DNA of 64,000 nucleotides from contig WJPK01000003.1 in the NCBI GenBank assembly GCA_009649685.1, positions 498,506 to 562,505 of the forward strand, given 5' to 3'. Positions within the stretch are counted from its first letter, which is position 1, and every line of letters starts with the position of its first letter. Below are positions 18,252 to 26,460 of this stretch, piece after piece. The notes under the pieces were generated by a model. That model had not been told where the DNA came from. It ran no database searches and was given only the letters and a program-made list of their open reading frames with translations. The DNA is from Flavobacteriaceae bacterium EG-1. GTDB taxonomy: Bacteria; Bacteroidota; Bacteroidia; Flavobacteriales; Flavobacteriaceae. Made by a program: the position numbers and the translations under genes.

Positions 18252-20327
18252 ATGAAAAAATACATATTCTTTATTCTAGCCCTGTGCTCTACAATAAGTT
18301 ACGCACAAATAGACCGCAGCAAGCAACCCAAACCCGGACCTGCACCGGAAATAAATTTAAAAGAACCACAACGTTTCAACTTATTAAATGGCTTAAAGGT
18401 CATGGTTGTTGAAAATCATAAATTACCAAAAGTCTCCATTCAGTTAAGAATAGATAACCCGCCAATTTTAGAAGGCGATAAATCAGGTGTTTCTATCTTA
18501 ACTGCTAGTCTTTTAGGTAAAGGTTCGACATCAATACCAAAAGATGATTTCGAAGAAGAAGTAGACTACATGGGCGCTCGCATCAGTTTTGGATCACAAA
18601 GTGCTTTTGCAAGTTCTTTAAGTCAGTATTTTCCAAGAATTGTAGAATTAATGGCCGATGCAGCCATTAATCCAAATTTCACACAAGAAGAATTCGACAA
18701 GGAAAAAGAAAAACTATTAACGAGTTTAAAAAGTCAGGAAAAAGACGCTAAAGCAATAGCAAACAGAGTACAAAATGCCCTTTCATTTGGTACGGACCAC
18801 CCTTATGGCGAATACGCTTCCGAAACATCAGTTAACAACATTTCCTTGGCCGATGTAAAGCAATTTTACAGAGATTATTTTGTACCAGCCAATGCCTATC
18901 TTGTGATTATTGGTGATGTAAATTTCGAAGAAGTAAAAGAATTAGTAGAAACTCATTTCACCTCATGGACGAAAGCCACACCACCATCTTTCTCCTATAC
19001 AAAACCTACCGACCCATATTATACGCAAATCAATTTTGTAGATGTACCCAATGCGGTACAATCGGAAATATCGCTTCAAAATTTGGTCGATTTAAAAATG
19101 GCTGATAAAGAATATTTAGCGGCATTATTAGCCAATAGAGTTTTGGGTGGTGGCGCACAAGGTCGATTATTTCAAAACCTAAGAGAAGACAAAGCATACA
19201 CCTATGGTTCGTACTCGAGTATTGGAAACGACAAATATGCGCAAAGCACCTTTAGAGCCTCTGCTAGTGTTAGAAATGCAGTTACCGATAGCGCGGTAGT
19301 ACAAATATTATCTGAAGTTGATAAGATCATTCAAAAGCCGGTTACAGAACAAGAATTAAATGATGCTAAAGCCGTTTATATTGGTTCTTTTGTAATGGCC
19401 TTAGAACAGCCCGAAACTATGGCTCGTTATGCCATTAATCTTGCTACCGAAAATTTACCAGCTGATTTTTACCAGAACTATTTAGAAAATATAAATGCCG
19501 TAACCGCAGAAGAGGTACAGCAGGCGGCACAAAAATATTTTTCATCAGATAAAGCGCGCGTTATCGTTAGTGGCAAAGGAAGTGATGTCTTGGAAAATCT
19601 TGAAAAGGTATCGTTTAATGGAAAGGTTGTCCCTATTAAATATTATGACAAATTTGCAAAACCGACAGAGAAACCAGATTACAACGCTGCCGTTGCCGAA
19701 GGCGTTACTGTACAGTCTGTAATCGACCATTACTTTAAGGCCATTGGAGGTAAAGATAAAATTGCAACCATCAAAAGCCTTCTATTAATTTACGAAGGAG
19801 AAGCAATGGGCAGCAAAATTAAAACCGAAGAAAGACGTACTGTGGACAAATATGCCCAGACCACTTTTATGAATAACAATGCTATGATGGGAATAGTTGC
19901 GAAAGGTGATGAACTTTTTATGAAACAAGGTACAAACAAAATGCCAATGCCCGCTGAAATGGCTGCTGATTTACAAGGTGCTATGGGCATCTTTCCAGAA
20001 CAAGGTATTCTAGCTACAGGTAAAGCTAAATTAGCGGGAACAGAAGATATAAATGGTAAGAGTGCCTACAAAATTGAAGTACCAGGCACCAGCATACAAG
20101 CTACTTATTATTATGATATTGAATCTGGTCTTAAGGTAAAAGAAGCCTCAATAATCAATATAGGTGGACAGACACAAAACCAAGTGACCATTATGAAAGA
20201 TTATACTGAGTTTGAAGGTATTCTTTTTCCATCAACAAAAAGCACAATGATGGGCCCGCAACAAGTAGAAAGTAAATTACTTGAAGCTTTAATCAATAAA
20301 AATGTTTCGGAAAAAGATTTTGAATGA
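18252..20327 (+). CDS. M16-family peptidase homologue lacking the HxxEH zinc site (non-catalytic partner subunit) with a C-terminal extension of about 200 aa
   Basis: It has the M16 fold blocks (YFVPANAYLVIIGDV, GSYSS) but no HxxEH. The protein is 691 aa against about 440 for a typical subunit. Confidence 0.8.
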   Translation: MKKYIFFILALCSTISYAQIDRSKQPKPGPAPEINLKEPQRFNLLNGLKVMVVENHKLPKVSIQLRIDNPPILEGDKSGVSILTASLLGKGSTSIPKDDFEEEVDYMGARISFGSQSAFASSLSQYFPRIVELMADAAINPNFTQEEFDKEKEKLLTSLKSQEKDAKAIANRVQNALSFGTDHPYGEYASETSVNNISLADVKQFYRDYFVPANAYLVIIGDVNFEEVKELVETHFTSWTKATPPSFSYTKPTDPYYTQINFVDVPNAVQSEISLQNLVDLKMADKEYLAALLANRVLGGGAQGRLFQNLREDKAYTYGSYSSIGNDKYAQSTFRASASVRNAVTDSAVVQILSEVDKIIQKPVTEQELNDAKAVYIGSFVMALEQPETMARYAINLATENLPADFYQNYLENINAVTAEEVQQAAQKYFSSDKARVIVSGKGSDVLENLEKVSFNGKVVPIKYYDKFAKPTEKPDYNAAVAEGVTVQSVIDHYFKAIGGKDKIATIKSLLLIYEGEAMGSKIKTEERRTVDKYAQTTFMNNNAMMGIVAKGDELFMKQGTNKMPMPAEMAADLQGAMGIFPEQGILATGKAKLAGTEDINGKSAYKIEVPGTSIQATYYYDIESGLKVKEASIINIGGQTQNQVTIMKDYTEFEGILFPSTKSTMMGPQQVESKLLEALINKNVSEKDFE

Positions 20328-20354
20328 ACATTTTATTATAAGCTAATATCAATA

Positions 20355-20390
20355 AAATAGACCTGCAAAAATATCAGGTCTATTTTTATT
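20355..20390. terminator. Bidirectional terminator between convergent genes
   Basis: An 11-bp stem AAATAGACCTG/CAGGTCTATTT is flanked by A-runs and T-runs on both sides. Confidence 0.75.
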
Positions 20391-20408
20391 CTTATAACTA
20401 TTGAATTT

Positions 20409-21158
20409 CTATCCTATTTTCCTTATTGTGGCTTCTCCTATAACAATTCCACGGTCAACATTTGCACTTCCTTGATATGTAATATGAGTTTCTCCATAAC
20501 AGGTAACTTTTAATTTATCGGAAACGTTTACTCTAATATCACTTTCTCCGTAAGCCGTAATTTTAGTCAACTCGTTATTAATAGCTATGGTATTTACCTT
20601 GCTTTCACCATAAGTAATAAAACGTTGATTCGCTACTGAACCTTCCTCAATTTCAAAATAGCTCTCCCCATAAATGGTTACTTTCATTTTATCTAATTCT
20701 ACATCAGACAAATAAACCTGCGATTCACCATAAATTCTTAATGTAAATTCTTTTTGATTAATCTTACTTTTAGCATTAATCCTCTCTTCCCCTCTAACAG
20801 ATAAAGTACTTAGTTTTTTATATTTAATCGTAGCACGGACCTTTGTTCCATCGTAAATCGCCCTACTAGTATTATAACTTTCCCCAGTTGTATTCTCACT
20901 TTTAGTAACCATTTTTGCACCATCTAAAAAAATGCGCAAGGTATTGCCTTCTACTTCAATATTAATTTTGTCATCAGACACTCCGGATTCGTCTATCTGT
21001 ACAATTTCTTTATCCCCTTCAATTAAATTAACTGAAATATGTGGACTAATAATAATCTTATCAAAATGCGCTACCTCAATTATTTTGTTGCTTTTTTGCG
21101 AAATAGCTGGCGTTACAACAAACAAAAGCAATCCCATTAATTGTATAATATTTTTCAT
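20409..21158 (-). CDS. Secreted DUF2807/GIN-domain protein (autotransporter-adhesin-head-like beta-helix)
   Basis: It has a signal peptide. Degenerate YGES/YGET strand motifs repeat at about 20-aa spacing (IYGESQVYL, IYGESYFEI, ITYGESKVN, ITAYGESDIRVN, VTCYGETHITY). Confidence 0.65.
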   Translation of the reverse strand: MKNIIQLMGLLLFVVTPAISQKSNKIIEVAHFDKIIISPHISVNLIEGDKEIVQIDESGVSDDKINIEVEGNTLRIFLDGAKMVTKSENTTGESYNTSRAIYDGTKVRATIKYKKLSTLSVRGEERINAKSKINQKEFTLRIYGESQVYLSDVELDKMKVTIYGESYFEIEEGSVANQRFITYGESKVNTIAINNELTKITAYGESDIRVNVSDKLKVTCYGETHITYQGSANVDRGIVIGEATIRKIG

Positions 21159-21392
21159 CTTCTTACTAAGTTATCGTATTCAATAGTTTTTATAAAGATT
21201 ACTATCAGTATCATTTGTTACAGTTTTATAAAAAATTAAATTAGATATAGTTATCTAAGCCTATCAAAAAAGGCTTAATCGCACAAATAAATCGGACAAT
21301 TTTTAAAATAAGGTAGTAACAAGAAAGTCCTTAAAACTCCGTTACCAAATTCTATGAATACGCTATCTTTGTATTGAATAAGCTACAAAATC

Positions 21393-21815
21393 ATGAAAAA
21401 AATTATACCATTTATCTTATTATTCTTTGCAATAATAACTTTCTCTTGCAAAGAGAAAAAAAGCGCTGAAACTAATCAAATAAGCAAAGTAATGGCAATT
21501 CATGATGAAGTAATGCCTAAAATGGGTACAATTGGTAAAATGGTTGGCGAATTAACCGAACTAGAGAATGATAGTACCAATATTAATAAAGAGTATGAAA
21601 AAGCTAGAAAAGACCTTCAAGAGGCTCATAAATCAATGATGGATTGGATGAAAGGTTTCGGAGACCGCTTTGATTCTGATGAAATTCTTAACGGCAAAGC
21701 CTTAACAGAAGAAAAACAAAAATGGTTAAACGAAGAAGAGGAGAAAGTTAATGCTGTTAAAGAAAAAATTAACACCAGCATTGAAAATGCCGAAAAACTC
21801 TTAGCGAACCCGTAA
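21393..21815 (+). CDS. Small lipoprotein of unknown function (paralogue A)
   Basis: The lipoprotein signal is FFAIITFSC. It shares HDEVMPKM, W(M/L)K..G.RFD(S/T)DE and KQKWLNEEEE blocks with 21943..22344. Confidence 0.55.
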   Translation: MKKIIPFILLFFAIITFSCKEKKSAETNQISKVMAIHDEVMPKMGTIGKMVGELTELENDSTNINKEYEKARKDLQEAHKSMMDWMKGFGDRFDSDEILNGKALTEEKQKWLNEEEEKVNAVKEKINTSIENAEKLLANP

Positions 21816-21942
21816 ATTTCCATTTTTCTTGGGTTTTTAAGTCAATCATCGATAATAAACAATGATTGTAGAGTTTTTAGTTTGTAACGCCTAGTTTAAT
21901 ATATTTTCACCAAAAAATTGAATTCCCAAAACTTTAGGTGCT

Positions 21943-22344
21943 ATGAAAAGATGCGTATTGGTATTTATATTATTTATGAGTATGATAACTGCAATGGCTC
22001 AAGAAACTGCAGAAATGACTGAGGTTATTGAAATGCATGATGTAGTTATGGCCAAAATGCCCAAACTTGTGAAGCTTATTAATAAACTTCAAACAGCAGC
22101 TCAAAAAAGCGACGAAGACGCAGAATATAATGCAGCAATATTAGAATTAAAAGCTGAAAATAAGACCATGCAAAAATGGATGGAAGACCTTGGCAAACGT
22201 TTTGATACCGATGAATTGATGAAAGGCAAAAAACTAACCTCTCAAAAACAGGAATGGCTTAATGAAGCCATGGCAACCATTAAAATTCTTGATAAAGATG
22301 TAGAGAGTAGCTTTATAAAAGTTGAAGCACTACTTAAAGAGTAA
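21943..22344 (+). CDS. Small secreted protein of unknown function (paralogue B)
   Basis: It has a signal peptide. The conserved HDVVMAKM, WMEDLGKRFDTDEL and KQEWLNE blocks match the neighbouring gene. Confidence 0.55.
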   Translation: MKRCVLVFILFMSMITAMAQETAEMTEVIEMHDVVMAKMPKLVKLINKLQTAAQKSDEDAEYNAAILELKAENKTMQKWMEDLGKRFDTDELMKGKKLTSQKQEWLNEAMATIKILDKDVESSFIKVEALLKE

Positions 22345-22349
22345 TATAA

Positions 22350-22916
22350 TTATTTCCAGCGCAAAGTTTCCATTATTGTACGAATATCATTTTCTAGATA
22401 TGCCGCTGCTGGGTATATACTGTCAAAATTAGGTTTTACATAAAAATAAAGTGAGCCCGTAACAAAATTCTCTGTGCTATCAGTCACAAAGAATTGCGCC
22501 TGTGAAGCTGCATCTCCACTAACTTCATAATACATTCCAAAAATTCTCTCATCCGCATTATAAAACTCACTAGGTTTTATACCGTCAGCCTGCGTAGCAT
22601 GCTCATAAGAAAGTTTCTGTGCATCAATCATCAGTTTTTGAAGGTTATTGTCAATCTTTTTATGTGTAATAAAAATAGATCCTTTCATAAATGGATAATT
22701 TAATACTAAATCACCCTCTCTAAGTCCTTTGGTATTTTTAACGACCTCAGCGAACTCATTCTTACTAAAGCTAAAATATTCAGTATCTACCTTTTCATAT
22801 TCTCCCTTAGGATACTCTAATCGCAACTGTGCTTTTGGTTTAGGCAACAACACCTCATCTTTACAAGCACTAAAAGTTAAAACAACTAGTATAATAGAAG
22901 TAATTTGTCTAATCAT
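22350..22916 (-). CDS. gldD: Gliding motility lipoprotein GldD
   Basis: The lipoprotein signal is VLTFSAC. The protein is 188 aa. The C-terminal blocks AQFFVTDSTENFVTGSLYFYVKPNFDSI and IMETLRWK fit GldD. It lies immediately downstream of gldE and overlaps it. Confidence 0.7.
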   Translation of the reverse strand: MIRQITSIILVVLTFSACKDEVLLPKPKAQLRLEYPKGEYEKVDTEYFSFSKNEFAEVVKNTKGLREGDLVLNYPFMKGSIFITHKKIDNNLQKLMIDAQKLSYEHATQADGIKPSEFYNADERIFGMYYEVSGDAASQAQFFVTDSTENFVTGSLYFYVKPNFDSIYPAAAYLENDIRTIMETLRWK

Positions 22917-24237
22917 TTTGTGGCAAGGTTACTTTAATTTGTTTCAATCTTTTTTTATCCAAGCTCTCTATGCGAAATCGATAATCTTTAAACTCCAAAG
23001 ATTCCCCTCTTTTTGGAAAACTTCCTGCAATTTCCAAAACAAAACCAGCTACTGTTTCTGACTCTCCTTTTTGATCTTCAAAATCTTCTTGATCTTCAAT
23101 TTTAGCAACTTTATAAAAGTCTTTCAAAGTAGTTTTACCTTCAAAAACATAGTTAAACTCATCAAGTTTTGAATATATTAAATCCTCATCATCAAACTCA
23201 TCACTAATATCACCTACTATTTCTTCAATAATATCTTCTAGGGTAACTATACCTGATGTACCTCCATATTCATCAACTACTACCGCTAAATGAATTTTCT
23301 TATCTTGAAACTCAAGCAACAGATCATCAAGTTTTTTATTTTCTGGCACAAAATAAGGTTCTCTTATTAGTGACATCCAATTAAATGATTTCTTATCAAT
23401 ATGCGGTAGTAAATCTTTAACGTATAGTACTCCGAGAACATTGTCCATATTTTCGGAAAATACCGGTATTCTAGAATACCCTTTTTTTATAATTTCTTGC
23501 ACAACCTCAGGAAATTTCATTTTCTCCTCAAGTGCAAAAATATCAATTCGTGGCCGCATCACTTGCTTTGTATCCGTATTACCAAAGGATACTATTCCTT
23601 CTAAAATTTTTTGCTCTTCTTTAGTAGTATCGCCTTCTGAAGTAAGCTCTAAAGCTTGAGATAAATGATCAACACTTAAACTAGATTTTTCTTTTCCAAA
23701 TTTATTATACATAAAAATCGTTGCAGAACGCATGGGTAAACTTAGTGGTGAAAAGATAAAATCTAGCGCATTTAAGGGTTGTGCCATTAACTGTGAAAAA
23801 CTAATTCGATTTCGATTTGCATAAACTTTAGGTAGTATTTCACCAAACATTAAAATTAGAAAGGTGGCCACAACCACTTCAAGTAAGAATCGTACCGAAA
23901 TAAAACCAAAAAGCACGTAGTTTATATTTACAAATACTACATCTCCAATAGCACTAAAAAGAAGTACAATACCAATATTAATCGCATTATTTGCTATTAA
24001 TATTGTGGCCAATAATTTTTTTGGTCTTTTGAGAAGCTTTGTTACAATATCACCACGAATAGTTTTATTCTCGGCAATTTCATTAACATCAGTAGTAGAC
24101 AAACCAAAAAAGGCAACTTCAGCCCCAGATATTAGGGCAGAAAATACCAGCAATAATACAAGAACAGCTATTTTGAGGGCTATTTCGCCATCATAAGTAA
24201 CAAAAGCTAGTAAAGAACCAACGGAATCAGGGTCCAA
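22909..24237 (-). CDS. gldE: Gliding motility protein GldE (CNNM/HlyC-CorC family: DUF21 TM domain, two CBS domains, CorC_HlyC)
   Basis: The domain order and the gldE-gldD adjacency fit, as does synteny with ssb and mutY as in Flavobacterium. Confidence 0.75.
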   Translation of the reverse strand: MDPDSVGSLLAFVTYDGEIALKIAVLVLLLVFSALISGAEVAFFGLSTTDVNEIAENKTIRGDIVTKLLKRPKKLLATILIANNAINIGIVLLFSAIGDVVFVNINYVLFGFISVRFLLEVVVATFLILMFGEILPKVYANRNRISFSQLMAQPLNALDFIFSPLSLPMRSATIFMYNKFGKEKSSLSVDHLSQALELTSEGDTTKEEQKILEGIVSFGNTDTKQVMRPRIDIFALEEKMKFPEVVQEIIKKGYSRIPVFSENMDNVLGVLYVKDLLPHIDKKSFNWMSLIREPYFVPENKKLDDLLLEFQDKKIHLAVVVDEYGGTSGIVTLEDIIEEIVGDISDEFDDEDLIYSKLDEFNYVFEGKTTLKDFYKVAKIEDQEDFEDQKGESETVAGFVLEIAGSFPKRGESLEFKDYRFRIESLDKKRLKQIKVTLPQND

Positions 24238-24259
24238 TATTTATAATTTAAACTAATTT

Positions 24260-24709
24260 CTAAAATGGTAAATCATCTTCAGGCTGTGGTTGGCTTAATA
24301 CAGATTCAGCTGATTTTGCCTGAATATTTTGATCAACAGTCCTACTTTGTTGCGCACTATTTTCGCTTTCTCGTTTTGTCGTCAAAAATTTAAAATCTTG
24401 CACATGTACTTCAGTTGCATAACGCGTATTACCATCTTCGCCTTGCCACTGTCGTGTTTTCAACCTACCTTCAACATAGATCTTATCTCCTTTACTCAAA
24501 TACTTTTCACATATTTCTGCAGCTTTATTACGTACAACAACATTATGCCAATCTGTATTGGTAACTTTTTCACCAGTTTGCTTGTTAGTATAACTCTCAT
24601 TAGTAGCCACCGGAAATCTGCCTATGCTGTTACCTCCTTCGAAATAATGCATTTTTACCTCATCACCCAAATGCCCAATTAGCATTACTTTATTTAATGT
24701 TCCACTCAT
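24260..24709 (-). CDS. ssb: Single-stranded DNA-binding protein
   Basis: It has an OB fold (KVMLIGHLG...WHNVVV) and the acidic C-terminal tail DDLPF. Confidence 0.95.
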   Translation of the reverse strand: MSGTLNKVMLIGHLGDEVKMHYFEGGNSIGRFPVATNESYTNKQTGEKVTNTDWHNVVVRNKAAEICEKYLSKGDKIYVEGRLKTRQWQGEDGNTRYATEVHVQDFKFLTTKRESENSAQQSRTVDQNIQAKSAESVLSQPQPEDDLPF

Positions 24710-24757
24710 AATAATACGTAACTCAATTATGTAAGTACAAAAATACTAAGAAACTAC

Positions 24758-25795
24758 TTAAGTTTTAATCTCTTTAATAAAATCGGCCAATAATACTGGT
24801 ACGGGGTAATTTTTAATAGTATTTATTGGGGTTGCGTTATCAAGAATTTCTTTGGTTCTAATTATCCAAAAACTAGTATATAGATGTTGATGTGATAGCT
24901 TATGTATAATTTGTTTATCATTATGTAAGTAAAAATCAGTAATAGACTTACTCTCAATAAGTTTTTCAACTTCCAGCATTAACGTTGATTTATCAATTTT
25001 TTTGGTCGATTCTATTAATGGAAATTCCCATAAATTTTGCCAAATTCCTTTTCCTAATCGTTGTTGAAAAGATATTTCCTCTTTTTCATTAAAAATTACC
25101 AAATAATTAAAAAAGCGCTTTCTAACTTTAGTTTTTTTTATTTTAATTGGTAAAGTAGGAACCAAGTTTTTCTGAATGGCAACGCAGCTAATATTTAAAG
25201 GACACAAAGAGCAATCTGGATTTTTCGGAGCGCATTGCAAGGATCCGAATTCCATAATTCCTTGATTATAGTCACGAATATGCTCTGTATTCATAACTTT
25301 AGTCGCCAATTCTTTAAAGTATTTAATTCCCTCTGTGCTATTTATTGGCAGTTCTACTCCGAAATAACGGGCCAAAACTCTATATACGTTACCATCAACT
25401 ACCGCTTTAGGTTCATTAAAGCAAATAGAAGCAATTGCACTAGCCGTGTAATCACCAACACCTTTTAGCTTTATTAATTCTTTGTAAGTATTTGGGAAGT
25501 TCCCATTCATTTCAAACGCCACTTTCTTAGCTGTAGCATGCAAATTTCTAGCTCTAGAATAATAACCCAAGCCTTGCCATAATTTTAAAACTTCTTCTTC
25601 TTTTGCTTGTGCTAAGAGATCAATCGTAGGATATTTCTCAGCAAATTTTAAATAATATGGAGTTCCTTGCTCAACTCTAGTCTGTTGAAGCATTATTTCT
25701 GATAACCAAATAAGATATGGATCACGTGTCTTTCGCCACGGTAAATGGCGCATATTCAAGCGATACCAACCAAGTATTTTATGTGAAAAAGACAT
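24758..25795 (-). CDS. mutY: A/G-specific adenine DNA glycosylase
   Basis: The HhH-GPD blocks are LPWRKTRDPYLIWLSEIMLQQT and GVGDYTA. The 4Fe-4S cysteine cluster is CAPKNPDCSLCPL. A C-terminal NUDIX-like domain is present. Confidence 0.9.
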   Translation of the reverse strand: MSFSHKILGWYRLNMRHLPWRKTRDPYLIWLSEIMLQQTRVEQGTPYYLKFAEKYPTIDLLAQAKEEEVLKLWQGLGYYSRARNLHATAKKVAFEMNGNFPNTYKELIKLKGVGDYTASAIASICFNEPKAVVDGNVYRVLARYFGVELPINSTEGIKYFKELATKVMNTEHIRDYNQGIMEFGSLQCAPKNPDCSLCPLNISCVAIQKNLVPTLPIKIKKTKVRKRFFNYLVIFNEKEEISFQQRLGKGIWQNLWEFPLIESTKKIDKSTLMLEVEKLIESKSITDFYLHNDKQIIHKLSHQHLYTSFWIIRTKEILDNATPINTIKNYPVPVLLADFIKEIKT

Positions 25796-25874
25796 GTATT
25801 TTACAATAGTGGATCAAAGTAACAGTTTATATACTTAAAATTAGCCCTTTAGAGTAAAAGATGAATTAAATTTA

Positions 25875-25882
25875 TATATTTG
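25875..25882 (+). promoter_or_regulatory. Candidate -7 element (TATATTTG) for the HU gene
   Basis: It matches TAnnTTTG 36 nt upstream of the start codon. No clean -33 TTG is present. Confidence 0.3.
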
Positions 25883-25917
25883 CAAGCCAAAAAAACTTAG
25901 TAAAACTAATTGAAATA

Positions 25918-26208
25918 ATGACGAAAGCTGAAATTGTAACGAAGATCTCGGAAAAATTAGGGATAGAGAAAGGAGACGTACAGGCAACTGTTGAATCTTT
26001 TATGGAAGAAGTAAAATCATCTCTTGAGAGCGGTGACAATGTGTATCTTCGAGGATTTGGAAGTTTCATTGTAAAGACCAGAGCAGAAAAAACTGGTAGA
26101 AACATTTCTAAGAATACAACTATTAAGATTCCCGCACATAATATTCCAGCATTTAAACCTGCAAAGGTTTTTGTTGAAGGAGTAAAAAGCAATGTGCTTG
26201 TTAAATAA
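25918..26208 (+). CDS. hup: HU/IHF-family DNA-binding protein
   Basis: The 96-aa protein has the blocks GFGSF and RNP(K/A)T-like NISKNTTIKIPA. Confidence 0.9.
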   Translation: MTKAEIVTKISEKLGIEKGDVQATVESFMEEVKSSLESGDNVYLRGFGSFIVKTRAEKTGRNISKNTTIKIPAHNIPAFKPAKVFVEGVKSNVLVK

Positions 26209-26232
26209 AAAATAACGTTAAAAAAAAGTTTT

Positions 26233-26325
26233 ATGCCGAGTGGTAAAAAAAGAAAGAGACATAAGGTAGCTACACACAAGCGTAAGAAGCGCAGAAGAGC
26301 TAACCGACACAAGAAAAAGCAGTAA
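26233..26325 (+). CDS. Unannotated 30-codon hyper-basic ORF (MPSGKKRKRHKVATHKRKKRRRANRHKKKQ), a candidate bS22/THX-like small ribosomal protein
   Basis: It starts with ATG and sits 24 nt after the HU stop. Lys, Arg and His make up about 70% of residues. A strong terminator hairpin follows directly. It is below the length cut-off of the ORF track. Confidence 0.55.
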   Translation: MPSGKKRKRHKVATHKRKKRRRANRHKKKQ

Positions 26326-26345
26326 TTAAACACTGCTTTTTCATT
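26314..26345 (+). terminator. Rho-independent terminator after the small basic ORF
   Basis: The stem AAAAGCAGT/ACTGCTTTT with an 8-nt loop is followed by TTTTTCATTTT. Confidence 0.75.
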
Positions 26346-26460
26346 TTAATACGTTCATTGACATAGAAATTCCATTAAAAGAGAATTTCGGCAGGCAATT
26401 ATGTCTGTTTCAACCATTGTTTAATTAATCCGTTTATGACGGATATAAATATAAATTCAG

